64,000 nucleotides of DNA from Piromyces finnis finn. Taxonomy: Eukaryota > Fungi > Neocallimastigomycota. The notes under the pieces were generated by a model. It was not told the origin of the DNA. It saw nothing but the letters and a program-made list of their open reading frames with translations, and made no database searches. Both the position numbers and the translations under genes were made by a program. Shown one piece after another: positions 1-12,500 of the stretch (positions within the stretch are counted from its first letter, which is position 1; each line of letters opens with the position of its first letter). Location of the stretch: positions 95,191 to 159,190 of the forward strand of contig MCFH01000084.1 in NCBI GenBank assembly GCA_002104945.1, given 5' to 3'.

Positions 1-505
1 ATTATCCATGTCAGCGCAATCTGAAAGGGATTTAATATTTTTGTAAGCCAGATGTTTTTCATGTAATAAGTTTTTGATGTATTGAGGGCAATGGAATGCT
101 GGACCTTTTAAATCTGCAGTCACAATGGCTTTTATATCTTTACCTAAAGTTTTGGAAGTATCTAAAAATTTTGAAACCATATCGTCAGCCGATAGGCTAT
201 CGCAATTAGCTTCAAGCTTAGAAGCTAGAACAGCAAAACGATTACTAGTAAGAATGTCAGAACACTTTGTGTTACAGATATGACTTGACCACTTAAAGGT
301 CTTCTTAGGCTTTTTGAAACCATCAGAAGTCTTTTTTAAAAGACACAAGGATCAGAAACATCGGGAAAAACTTCGCAAACTGAAGATTTGTTTATGTGTT
401 CTGTCATAGCTTTGTTGTATATAATATGGTCAATGCATGAAGATTTAGATCCTTTTTCCCAAGTAAAATTATTACCAGTTAACTCAGCCATAGTCCAATC
501 AAGGA
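1..505 (-). mobile_element. Degenerate LINE family B fragment (endonuclease to linker region), running off the window edge
   Basis: Aligns by eye with 53721-54233 (attatccatgtcagcgcaatctgaaaggg ... aactcagccatagtccaatc), which lies in the decayed APE-RT element at about 52.9-55.2 kb. Confidence 0.85.
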
Positions 506-2270
506 TTTTTTTTTTTTTTTTTTTTTTTTAACGGCATCAAATATTTTTAAACTTTATTATTAATTAAATTAAAATTATAATACATGTTATATAAAAAATT
601 AAAAATTAAAATAAAAATAAAATATTGTTTAAATAAACACAAATGAATAAAAATTGGGTATAATGTATTCTAGTAATTTTAATTAAAGTAAGAAAGCCAC
701 TATTATACTAAAGTATAATAATTGTATTTGACTTCCAATGGGACACCGAGCCAAAGATCAAAATTTTATCATGGGACAAAATTATGATCTCCATTGGTTG
801 CGCTGGCCCTCCTGGCCTGTCTTACTGTTTCTTCAGCATTGACGCTCTTGGATGTTGCTTCAAACCTTTTGAACATTGACCATTGCTGGCCAATAGCAAA
901 AGGCATGATTTTGGTTAGAAGTTCCGCGGTTACCGTCAAGAATGGTGTTCCTTCGTTAGTACCAGATTGAATCTGACGCTTACAAAGTTCTTTCCATTCC
1001 CTTGAATTGTAATTAATATTGTTAAAACTTCTTCCCCCAAAAAAGAATTTAAATATTTTACTGCACAGACTAGAATAATCATACACACTAATATTCACCG
1101 GATTATTAGAACTATTACTATCATTAACTAAATTACTATCTAAATTAGAATTATTATCTTCACTATTGCTATCATTACTAGTATTATTATTTCTATAACT
1201 ACTATTGTTATTATTACTATTTCTATTACTACTATTGTTATTATTACTATTGTTACTATTACTATTGTTATTACTACTATTGTTACTATTACTATTAATG
1301 TTATTACTATCTCTACTGATATTATCAATTTCATTATTATTGATAGGACTATTGGAATTACGTTGACTGAAAAAATTTAATAGCTGGACTATAGAATCAT
1401 AATGTTTAATACGGATATCTCTAAATGTTGGACAATCTAATAACCAATGTTTAATACTTTGATCTCCACACTTGCAACATGGACAGTAGTTAGGACAAAC
1501 TGGATCAACAAATTTGGCAGCTTTGGCAACTCTAGCATCCAACTTGTATCCGCTTCTTGCTTTCAATAGCCAGTAGAAGCCATAGGCAAACTCTGGGTAC
1601 TCATAACATAATTTAATAAAATCTTTAGTTTCAATAAATTTATTATCATCATAATATTGCGCTTTGATTGAATTCCCTTTGAGATCTTTCCAATAAAAGC
1701 TTTTAACTGCTTTAACATCTCCATGCTTCTTTAGTTTTTTATCAAGTGTCCTACTTGATTTGCACCACGTGTATTTTCTAAATTTAGGAATGTAATTGAC
1801 AAGGTATGAGATAATACAATTTGAGTTTTTCCATTTGTTAAAACATCTAACCTGAGCTAATGCACATTTGGCTGACAATGGAGGAATATTCAAATCTTTT
1901 GAAATAGAGTATAAAGATATAAACGATACAGCTTTATGAACTCCAGCAACCCATCGTATTCCTTTGTTAACATGCTTCTGAGCAATCCTAGACCTAGCTT
2001 TGTTGGATCCAAGTAATGGTGCAAAGTATGAAACTCTGCTAATCACTTGTGAGTTAAGTACTAGCTTTTTGAAGGGAATAGGAATATTAGGATTTCTTAA
2101 GAATTTACTGACTGAGAAAAGTCCTTTCAAATCCTTGTTATTAAGAGCTTTAATTACTGGTTTAAGGGACAAATTCTTATCAAATGGAACACCAAGATAA
2201 GTATAACAATCAGTAGTTGGAATGGGTTGTCCTGCTAAGTAAAATGTTGGATCTCTCTTGTTCTGATTTT
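506..2270 (-). mobile_element. Family A LINE copy E1, 5'-truncated
   Basis: Poly(T) 506-529 followed by the family 3' end aacggcatcaaatatt; ORF 769-2172 is the C-terminal third of the 1510-aa protein; similarity stops at ttctgatttt near 2270. Confidence 0.95.
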
Positions 2271-2272
2271 TT

Positions 2273-2359
2273 TTTTCTACTCTCTCAGTACCATGAGCAT
2301 GAGTAGAGCCCCTTGAGAAACTTCATTAATTAAATAATTGAAATCACGTTCCCAAGGGG
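2273..2359 (-). repeat. Diverged 5'-terminal LINE monomer
   Basis: ttctactctctcagtaccatgagcatgagtagagccccttgagaaac...cacgttcccaagggg matches the family A 5' monomer with several substitutions. Confidence 0.85.
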
Positions 2360-2817
2360 TTTTTTTTTTTTTTTTTTTTTTTTTAACGGCATCAAATATT
2401 ATAAACTTTATTATTAATTTAATTAAAATTATAATACATGTAATAAAAAATTAAAAAATAAAAATAAAAATAAAAAAAATATGTTTAAATAAACACAAAT
2501 GAATAAAAATTGGGTATAATGTATTCTAGTAATTTTAATTAAAGTAAGAAAGCCACTATCATACTAAAGTATAATAATTGTATTTGACTTCCAATGGGAC
2601 ACCGAGCCAAAGATCAAAATTTTGTCATGGAACAAAATTATGATCTCCATTGGTTGCGCTGGCCCTCCTGGCCTGTCTTACTGTTTCTTCAGCATTGACG
2701 CTCTTGGATGTTGCTTCAAACCTTTTGAACATTGTCCATTGCTGGCCAATAGCAAAAGGCATGATTTTGGTTAGAAGTTCCGCGGTTACCGTCAAGAATG
2801 GTGTTCCTTCGTTAGTA
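2360..2817 (-). mobile_element. Family A LINE copy E2, heavily 5'-truncated
   Basis: Poly(T) 2360-2384, 3' UTR and the last ~65 codons; flanked by cccaagggg at 2351-2359 and 2818-2826 (about 9-bp TSD). Confidence 0.93.
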
Positions 2818-3094
2818 CCCAAGGGGGTAGATTTTTTTTTTTTTTTTTTTTTTAACGGCATCAAATATTTTAAACTTTATTATTAATTTAATTAAAATTA
2901 TAATACATGTAATATAAAAAATTAAAAATTAAAATAAAAATAAAAAAAGCATGTTTAAATAAACACAAATGAATAAAATTTGGGTATAATGTATTCTAGT
3001 AATTTTAATTAAAGTAAGAAAGCCACTATCATACTAAAGTATAATAATTGTATTTGACTTCCAATGGGACACCGAGCCAAAGATCAAAATTTTA

Positions 3095-6000
3095 TCATGG
3101 ATCAAAATTATGATCTCCATTGGTTGCGCTGGCCCTCCTGGCCTGTCTTACTGTTTCTTCAGCATTGACGCTCTTGGATGTTGCTTCAAACCTTTTGAAC
3201 ATTGACCATTGCTGGCCAATAGCAAAAGGCATGATTTTGGTTAGAAGTTCCGCGGTTACCGTCAAGAATGGTGTTCCTTCATTAGTACCAGATTGAATCT
3301 GACGCTTACAAAGTTCTTTCCATTCCCTTGAATTGTAATTAATATTGTTAAAACTTCTTCCCCCAAGAAGGAATTTAAATATTTCACTGCACACACTAGA
3401 ATAATCATACACATTAATATTCACCGGATTATTAGAACTATTACTATCATTAACTAAATTACTATCTAAATTAGAATTATTATCTTCACTATTGCTATCA
3501 TTACTAATATTATTATTTCTATTATTGTTATTATTACTATTGTTACTATTACTATTGTTACTATTACTATTGTTACTATTACTATTGTTACTATTACTAT
3601 TAATGTTATTACTATCTCTACTGATATTATCAATTTCATTATTATAGATAGGACTATTGGAATTACGTTGACTGAAAAAATTTAATAGCTGGACTATGGA
3701 ATCATAATGTTTAATACGGATATCTCTAAATGTTGGACAATCTAATAACCAATGTTTAATACTTTGATCTCCACACTTGCAACATGGACAGTAGTTAGGA
3801 CAAACTGGATCAACAAATTTAGCAGCTTTGGCAACTCTAGCATCCAACTTGTATCCGCTTCTTGCTTTCAAGAGCCAGTAGAAGCCATAGGCAAACTCTG
3901 GGTACTCATAACATAATTTAATAAAATCTTTAGTTTCAATAAATTTATTATCATCATAATATTGCGCTTTGATTGAATTCCCTTTGAGATCTTTCCAATA
4001 AAAGTTTTTAACTGCTTTAACATCTCCATGTTTCTTTAATTTTTTATCAAGTGTCCTACTTGATTTGCACCACGTGTATTTTCTAAATTTAGGAATGTAA
4101 TTGACAAGGTGTGAGATAATACAATTTGAGTTTTTCCATTTGTTAAAACATCTAACCTGAGCTAACGCACATTTGGCTGACAATGGAGGAATATTCAAAT
4201 CTTTTGAAATAGAGTATAAAGATATAAACGATACAGCTTTATGAACTCCAGCAACCCATCGTATTCCTTTGTTAACATGCTTCTGAGCAATCCTAGACCT
4301 AGCTTTGTTGGATCCAAGTAATGGTGCAAAGTATGAAACTCTGCTAATCACTTGTGAGTTAAGTACTAGTTTTTTGAAAGGAATAGGAATATTAGGATTT
4401 CTTAAGAATTTACTGACTGAGAAAAGCCCTTTCAAAACCTTGTTATTAAGAGCTTTAATTACTGGTTTAAGGGACAGATTCTTATCAAATGGAACACCAA
4501 GATAAGTATAGCAATCAGTAGTTGGAATGGGTTGTCCTGCTAAGTAAAATGTTGGATCTCTCTTGTTCTGATTTTCTATTGATTCAGGACGAATCACCAT
4601 CGTTGAACATTTCTGGATACCAAATTCCATTTCATTATACAAGGCCCATTCATTAACTCTTCTAAGCATCTTTTTTAAGCATCCTCTTGTTGGAGCACAA
4701 ATAACTATATCATCTGCAAAAAGTCCACCACAGCATCGAGTGTCACCTAAACTGACTCCTAGATCTTCGCACTCTCTAAATATATCATTAATAAAGAGAT
4801 TAAAGAGAATAGGAGAAAGAGGGCATCCTTGACGGACTCCTTTCTTCACATCAAAAGATTTCGAGAATTGTCCATCTAATTTGACATTAGCCTTAGATGT
4901 TAAATATAAATTTTTGATAAATTGTAGACTCTTACCTCGGATTCCTAAACAATCTAATTTATGGAGAATATTACCGATTGGGACTGAATCGTATGCTTTC
5001 CTGAGATCTAAAAAGGCCAAATATGTCTCTTTATTATCTAATTGACGTCTACGGCATATTTCTTGGATTGAAATGAAAAGACTGATACTTTCTTCCTTTT
5101 TTCGAAAACCAAATTGTTCAGGTCTAATGAAATTATTCTTTAAACCATATTCTGAGATTCTAGTGGTGACAATTTTGGAAATCAACTTAATACCATTATT
5201 GATAAGTGATATACCTCGATAGATATCACAATCTGTCAAATCTCCCTTCTTAGGAATAGAAACAATACTGGATTCATTCCATGAGTTGGGGAAATCTCCA
5301 TCCCAAATACGGTTGAATAATTTAAGAATAAAATTTAAACCATGAGCATCATTATCTGAAGTAGTATTACCAGAAGAATTATTATCTGTAGCATTATTAG
5401 AATCATTACTTGATGGAATTAATGCTTTGTAAAATTCAATTGGAATACCATCCGGACCTGATGCTTTATAATTTGGAGTAGTGAGGATAGCTGACTTGAC
5501 TTCATCAATACTAATATCTTGGTTGATATCCCACTCATCAAGCATAGGAAGTGAAAAACGTTTATTCGTTGGTTCTTCATACCAATGCTCCAAATCAAGA
5601 CTTACACCACTTGGATCTGATGCAAGATTTTCGAAATGATCATGCCACACATCTAGTTGTTCTTCCGTAGCAACAACTAATTCTCCGTTTTTATTTTTAA
5701 TTGGTTGAGCAATAAAGAAAGAATCTTTTCCAATTTTTGCAGTTTTCTTGATCCATTTCCAGGCCTTCTTAGGATTATGACTCTTCATATACTCACATCC
5801 TGTTTTAATCCAATGAAGATATTCTTGCTTCCTAAATTCATTACATCTTTTGTGGATGTAATCAATGAGTTTACGGTAGATTTTAATTCTTTTAATAAAT
5901 TCATCTATATCATAAATTCTTTCTTTTTTAAATCTCTTATACAACTTCATTTTGATTTTTTGGAGATTAAAAAATTGTTGTGAAATATGAAATGAAGACT

Positions 6001-7618
6001 TTATAACATTATTTGCTGAGGTAATACTGAGCTCGTCTGCAATTGAAAAAGCAGTTGAAGTAAACTCTTTGGAAAGTTCATCTGTAGAAACATTAGGATC
6101 GTTGAATTTTGCTGAAAGTATTTGGAATTTATTATGACTGATAATAGATTCCTTTTCCTCAATACATTTTAATCTATTCCATTTCTGAATTTTCTTAGGA
6201 ACATTAAAGTCATTAGAAAAATCTTCCATAGGAATAATTTTACCATTAATAAGAAGTGGCTTATGGTCTGATACAGGATAAAAATTATTTATAAATGATC
6301 CTGAGTGAATAAGATCTTTCATCTTCGAATTGATAAGAGCATGGTCAATGTCGGAAGATTGATCACCTCGAGTCCAAGAGATAGTAGACCCTCTAAGCGG
6401 AAGAATTTCCCAATCTCCTAATCCATTAGTTGATAACCAGTTGGATAATTTTACTTTAGACATATTAAAATCACCAACAAGAATCGATGGATGGGATGAA
6501 TGAGTTTGTAACCACAAGCGAGCTTCTAACTTTGCATGATCAACATAGATGTTGTGATGACTATGAGGCATATAAACATTACCAATCGAGCATTTGAATC
6601 TATTCCAGAGACTAAAAGTATAAATAGAAATAATATACTTTCCAGAGAAGTTTTCAAGTGAGGCTTGACACGAATTGTGAAAACCTAAATATAAACCTCT
6701 CATTCCCGGAACTGATTCGTCAGCTTTCTTGAAAAAGTGTCTATAGTTTCGCAAAGTAACACGACAAGGATAATCTGTATTCGATCCAGAACCATTACCA
6801 GTTTCTTGGAAACATAAAAATAATGGTTTGAAAATAGCTGTGAAATAGCTAATACTATCTCTCTTTTCGTGATTCCACCCATTGGTGTTCCAACTAAGAC
6901 AAAAAGAAAAGTTATCAGGCTTGTTGGATGAGGAAGAATCGTTGCTATTATTATTATTATTAAAGTCATCGTTATTAATGGATGATGCATCAGAGGAATA
7001 AGTAGAACTATTACTAGATGGCTGTGAAACTGAAGAACTATCAACTATTGAACTGTTATCAGAGTTGATAGAGCTATTAGAATTAATTGTTGAATGTTGA
7101 GATTGAAATTGTGTTTGCTGTAGATCTGGAATATTTTCATGATTGGAAACTTGTTGAAGATCTTGTTGAAGATCTAGTTGAAGATCGGATTGTTGATGAG
7201 ATTGTTGAACTGATTGTTGAAATGATTGTTGAATAGAATGTTGATGTTTATTAGAAACTAAAATTTTACGTTTGAGAGTGGAAAAAGTGTATTTGTGATT
7301 CCTTCTACTACGAGCTGAAAAGGAAATTGAGGTAACTGAAAGTTTCTTCTTTAACATGTGTAAGATTTTAATACAATCTTTCGATGAACCATGAACCTTG
7401 ACTAAGAAAAAGTGATCATTGAAAGTCTGAAAATATTTAACACTAATAACTGAATTAAATTTATCTTCTAGAATAACCTCGAGTTTTTCCCATAGCATAT
7501 TTACTGACCATGATCGAATACCACGGATAAAGAAGGAGCGAATATCATCTAAGGGGATACCATAAGACCGGGTACCACGTCTGATATAATTCTTGTCTTT
7601 AATATAAAGGACTGACAT
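3095..7618 (-). CDS. Non-LTR retrotransposon polyprotein (APE endonuclease, reverse transcriptase, CCHC zinc knuckle), 1507 aa
   Basis: APE motifs SWNTNG, FQET, GNVYMP, VGDFN, DIDH, SDHKP; RT motifs YRGISL, QFGFR, DLRKAYDSV, GVRQGCPLSP, FADD, YLG; C-terminal CPCC-x-KHWLLDC. Confidence 0.97.
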   Translation of the reverse strand: MSVLYIKDKNYIRRGTRSYGIPLDDIRSFFIRGIRSWSVNMLWEKLEVILEDKFNSVISVKYFQTFNDHFFLVKVHGSSKDCIKILHMLKKKLSVTSISFSARSRRNHKYTFSTLKRKILVSNKHQHSIQQSFQQSVQQSHQQSDLQLDLQQDLQQVSNHENIPDLQQTQFQSQHSTINSNSSINSDNSSIVDSSSVSQPSSNSSTYSSDASSINNDDFNNNNNSNDSSSSNKPDNFSFCLSWNTNGWNHEKRDSISYFTAIFKPLFLCFQETGNGSGSNTDYPCRVTLRNYRHFFKKADESVPGMRGLYLGFHNSCQASLENFSGKYIISIYTFSLWNRFKCSIGNVYMPHSHHNIYVDHAKLEARLWLQTHSSHPSILVGDFNMSKVKLSNWLSTNGLGDWEILPLRGSTISWTRGDQSSDIDHALINSKMKDLIHSGSFINNFYPVSDHKPLLINGKIIPMEDFSNDFNVPKKIQKWNRLKCIEEKESIISHNKFQILSAKFNDPNVSTDELSKEFTSTAFSIADELSITSANNVIKSSFHISQQFFNLQKIKMKLYKRFKKERIYDIDEFIKRIKIYRKLIDYIHKRCNEFRKQEYLHWIKTGCEYMKSHNPKKAWKWIKKTAKIGKDSFFIAQPIKNKNGELVVATEEQLDVWHDHFENLASDPSGVSLDLEHWYEEPTNKRFSLPMLDEWDINQDISIDEVKSAILTTPNYKASGPDGIPIEFYKALIPSSNDSNNATDNNSSGNTTSDNDAHGLNFILKLFNRIWDGDFPNSWNESSIVSIPKKGDLTDCDIYRGISLINNGIKLISKIVTTRISEYGLKNNFIRPEQFGFRKKEESISLFISIQEICRRRQLDNKETYLAFLDLRKAYDSVPIGNILHKLDCLGIRGKSLQFIKNLYLTSKANVKLDGQFSKSFDVKKGVRQGCPLSPILFNLFINDIFRECEDLGVSLGDTRCCGGLFADDIVICAPTRGCLKKMLRRVNEWALYNEMEFGIQKCSTMVIRPESIENQNKRDPTFYLAGQPIPTTDCYTYLGVPFDKNLSLKPVIKALNNKVLKGLFSVSKFLRNPNIPIPFKKLVLNSQVISRVSYFAPLLGSNKARSRIAQKHVNKGIRWVAGVHKAVSFISLYSISKDLNIPPLSAKCALAQVRCFNKWKNSNCIISHLVNYIPKFRKYTWCKSSRTLDKKLKKHGDVKAVKNFYWKDLKGNSIKAQYYDDNKFIETKDFIKLCYEYPEFAYGFYWLLKARSGYKLDARVAKAAKFVDPVCPNYCPCCKCGDQSIKHWLLDCPTFRDIRIKHYDSIVQLLNFFSQRNSNSPIYNNEIDNISRDSNNINSNSNNSNSNNSNSNNSNSNNSNNNNNRNNNISNDSNSEDNNSNLDSNLVNDSNSSNNPVNINVYDYSSVCSEIFKFLLGGRSFNNINYNSREWKELCKRQIQSGTNEGTPFLTVTAELLTKIMPFAIGQQWSMFKRFEATSKSVNAEETVRQARRASATNGDHNFDP

Positions 7619-8260
7619 GATAATAAATTCTAATTAAAAATATTGAATATAAAATAAATACTAATAAAAATTATAAATATAACGTATATGGAAAAAAAAT
7701 CTGTCTCTCTCTCTCTTCTTAAAAGTACTGGATAGTACAAAAATTGTTACGATGCTTTGTTTAAAGTTTCTTTTTTTGAATTCTAGTTGTAAATTTTCTT
7801 TAAAAATTCTAGTTTTGGTTTGTTGTTAGTAAATTCGATTCGCTTTTTGACACTAAACTTGTTTGACTTACTTTTCATTAAATATTTAAATTGGTAAAAA
7901 ATTTGAATCAAGAATGTCGACACCAGAAAGCTTGTGAATAGTATTTTTACATGATGTAGAGTGAATCAGTCTCTTACAAGAAACAATACAACAATAGCTA
8001 CATGAATATAAAAATACAATGCAAATGCTAAAGTTGACTACATTGGATTCTTACAAGAGAAGAGTAGTACTACATGAATACATGAATAAAAGAAAAAATA
8101 CAGCAACAAAATGTATTACTCTTCTAATTAAATACTATACAAACTTACCTGAATATCAAACATTCAACTTATTCATCAAATACTTAATTCGATGAATAAA
8201 ATGTTTTTTAATCGCTCAGTACCATGAGCTTAGTCCTAATAATTTTCCCTTAAAGACTAA

Positions 8261-8453
8261 CCAAGCATCCATTGCGCAATGTTTGGATTTAATTCTTTCT
8301 ACTCTCTCAGTACCATGAGCATGAGTAGACCCCCTTGATAAACTCCATTATTAAATAAATGAAGGCACGTTCCTAAGAGGGCACCAAGCATCCATCCATT
8401 GAGCAATACTTGGATTTAATTCTTTCTACTCTCTCAGTACCATGAGCATGAGT

Positions 8454-8456
<3 letters not shown>
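8261..8456 (-). repeat. 5' UTR tandem monomers of E3 (about 123-bp unit; second unit interrupted by E4)
   Basis: ccaagcatcc recurs at 8261 and 8384; the remainder of the second unit lies at 15098-15150. Confidence 0.9.
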
Positions 8457-8491
<35 letters not shown>

Positions 8492-9270
8492 GGCATCAAA
8501 TATTTTAAACTTTATTATTAATTTAATTAAAATTATAATACATGTAATAAAAAATTAAAAATAAATAAAAATAAAAAAAAATATGTTTAAATAAACACAA
8601 ATGAATAAAAATTGGGTATAATGTATTCTAGTAATTTTAATTAAAGTAAGAAAGCCACTATCATACTAAAGAATAATAATTGTATTTGACTTCCAATGGG
8701 ACACCGAGCCAAAGATCAAAATTTTGTCATGGAACAAAATTATGATCTCCATTGGTTGCGCTGGCCCTCCTGGCCTGTCTTACTGTTTCTTCAGCATTGA
8801 CGCTCTTGGATGTTGCTTCAAACCTTTTGAACATTGTCCATTGCTGGCCAATAGCAAAAGGCATGATTTTGGTTAGAAGTTCCGCGGTTACCGTCAAGAA
8901 TGGTGCTCCTTCATTAGTACCAGATTGAATCTGACGCTTACAAAGTTCTTTCCATTCCCTTGAATTGTAATTGATATTGTTAAAACTTCTTCCCCCAAGA
9001 AGGAATTTAAATATTTTACTGCACACACTAGAATAATCATACACACTAATATTCACCGGATTATTAGAACTATTACTATCATTAACTAAATTACTATCTA
9101 AATTAGAATTATTATCTTCACTATTGCTATCATTACTAATATTATTATTTCTATTACTACTATTGTTATTATTACTATTTCTATTATTACTATTACTACT
9201 ATTGTTATTATTACTATTGTTACTATTACTATTGTTATTATTACTATTGTTACTATTACTATTAATATTA

Positions 9271-9336
<66 letters not shown>

Positions 9337-9572
9337 GGCATCAAATATTTTAAACTTTATTATTAATTTAATTAAAATTATAATACATGTAATATAAAAA
9401 TTAAAATAAAATAAAAATAAAAAAAAATATGTTTAAATAAACACAAATGAATAAAAATTGGGTATAATGTATTCTAGTAATTTTAATTAAAGTAAGAAAG
9501 CCACTATCATACTAAAGTATAATAATTGTATTTGACTTCCAATGGGACACCGAGCCAAAGATCAAAATTTTA

Positions 9573-12500
9573 TCATGGGACAAAATTATGATCTCCATTG
9601 GTTGCGCTGGCCCTCCTGGCCTGTCTTACTGTTTCTTCAGCATTGACGCTCTTGGATGTTGCTTCAAACCTTTTGAACATTGACCATTGCTGGCCAATAG
9701 CAAAAGGCATGATTTTGGTTAGAAGTTCCGCGGTTACCGTCAAGAATGGTGTTCCTTCGTTAGTACCAGATTGAATCTGACGCTTACAAAGTTCTTTCCA
9801 TTCCCTTGAATTGTAATTAATATTGTTAAAACTTCTTCCCCCAAGAAGGAATTTAAATATTTTACTGCACACACTAGAATAATCATACACATTAATATTC
9901 ACCGGATTATTAGAACTATTACTATCATTAACTAAATTACTATCTAAATTAGAATTATTATCTTCACTATTGCTATCATTACTAATATTATTATTTCTAT
10001 TACTACTATTGTTATTATTACTATTGTTACTATTACTATTGTTATTATTACTATTGTTACTATTACTATTAATATTATTACTATCTCTACTGATATTATC
10101 AATTTCATTATTATTGATAGGACTATTGGAATTACGTTGACTGAAAAAATTTAATAGCTGGACTATGGAATCATAATGTTTAATACGGATATCTCTAAAT
10201 GTTGGACAATCTAATAACCAATGTTTAATACTTTGATCTCCACACTTGCAACATGGACAGTAGTTAGGACAAACTGGATCAACAAATTTGGCAGCTTTGG
10301 CAACTCTAGCATCCAACTTGTATCCGCTTCTTGCTTTCAATAGCCAGTAGAAGCCATAGGCAAACTCTGGGTACTCATAACATAATTTAATAAAATCTTT
10401 AGTATCAATAAACTTATTATCATCATAATATTGCGCTTTGATTGAATTCCCTTTGAGATCTTTCCAATAAAAGTTTTTAACTGCTTTAACATCTCCATGT
10501 TTCTTTAGTTTTTTATCAAGTGTCCTACTTGATTTGCACCACGTGTATTTTCTAAATTTAGGAATGTAATTGACAAGGTGTGAGATAATACAATTTGAGT
10601 TTTTCCATTTGTTAAAACATCTAACCTGAGCTAATGCACATTTGGCTGACAATGGAGGAATATTCAAATCTTTTGAAATAGAGTATAAAGATATAAACGA
10701 TACAGCTTTATGAACTCCGGCAACCCATCGTATTCCTTTGTTAACATGCTTCTGTGCAATCCTAGACCTGGCTTTGTTGGATCCAAGTAATGGTGCAAAG
10801 TATGAAACTCTGCTAATCACTTGTGAGTTAAGTACTAGCTTTTTGAAGGGAATAGGAATATTAGGATTTCTTAAGAATTTACTGACTGAGAAAAGTCCTT
10901 TCAAAACCTTGTTATTAAGAGCTTTAATAACTGGTTTAAGGGACAGATTCTTATCAAATGGAACACCAAGATAAGTATAACAATCAGTAGTTGGAATGGG
11001 TTGTCCTGCTAAGTAAAATGTTGGATCTCTCTTGTTCTGATTTTCTATTGATTCAGGACGAATCACCATCGTTGAACATTTCTGGATACCAAATTCCATT
11101 TCATTATACAAGGCCCATTCATTAACTCTTCTAAGCATCTTTTTTAAGCATCCTCTTGTTGGAGCACAAATAACTATATCATCTGCAAAAAGTCCACCAC
11201 AGCATCGAGTGTCACCTAAACTGACTCCGAGATCTTCACACTCTTTAAATATATCATTAATAAAGAGATTAAAGAGAATAGGAGAAAGAGGGCATCCTTG
11301 ACGGACTCCTTTCTTCACATCAAAAGATTTCGAGAATTGTCCATCTAATTTGACATTAGCCTTAGATGTTAAATATAAATTTTTGATGAATTGTAAACTC
11401 TTACCTCGGATTCCTAAACAATCTAATTTATGGAGAATATTACCGATTGGGACTGAATCGTATGCTTTCCTGAGATCTAAAAAGGCCAAATATGTCTCTT
11501 TATTATCTAATTGACGTCTACGGCATATTTCTTGGATTGAAATGAAAAGACTGATACTTTCTTCCTTTTTTCGAAAACCAAATTGTTCAGGTCTAATGAA
11601 ATTATTCTTTAGACCATATTCTGAGATTCTAGTGGTGACAATTTTGGAAATCAACTTAATACCATTATTGATAAGTGATATACCTCGATAGTTATCACAA
11701 TCTGTCAAATCTCCCTTCTTAGGAATAGAAACAATACTGGATTCATTCCATGAGTTGGGGAAGTCTCCATCCCAAATACGGTTGTATAATTTAAGAATAA
11801 AATTTAAACCATAAGAATCATTATCTGAAGTGGTATTACCGGAAGAATTATTATCTGTAGCATTATTAGAATCATTACTTGATGGAATTAATGCTTTGTA
11901 AAATTCAATTGGAATACCATCCGGACCTGATGCTTTATAATTCGGAGTAGAGAGGATAGCTGACTTGACTTCATCAATACTAATATCTTGGTTGATATCC
12001 CATTCATCAAGCATAGGGAGTGAAAAACGTTTATTCGTTGGTTCTTCATACCAATGCTCCAAATCAAGACTTACGCCACTTGGATCTGATGCAAGATTTT
12101 CGAAATGATCATGCCACACATCTAGTTGTTCTTCCGTAGCAACAACTAACTCTCCATTTTTATTTTTAATTGGTTGAGCAATAAAGAAGGAATCTTTTCC
12201 AATTTTTGCAGTTTTCTTGATCCATTTCCAGGCCTTCTTAGGATTATGACTCTTCATATACTCACATCCTGTTTTAATCCAATGAAGATATTCTTGTTTC
12301 CTAAATTCATTACATCTTTTGTGGATGTAATCAATGAGCTTACGGTAGATTTTAATTCTTTTAATAAATTCATCTATATCATAAATTCTTTCTTTTTTAA
12401 ATCTCTTATACAACTTCATTTTGATTTTTTGGAGATTAAAAATTTGTTGTGAAATATGAAATGAAGACTTTATAACATTATTTGCTGAGGTAATACTGAG

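Noticed and set aside
8727-9366. Poly-Lys and poly-Leu ORFs (also 2625-2886, 41884-42104, 57090-57284)
   Set aside because: They are read-throughs of poly(A) tails and (AAT)n tracts of LINE fragments.
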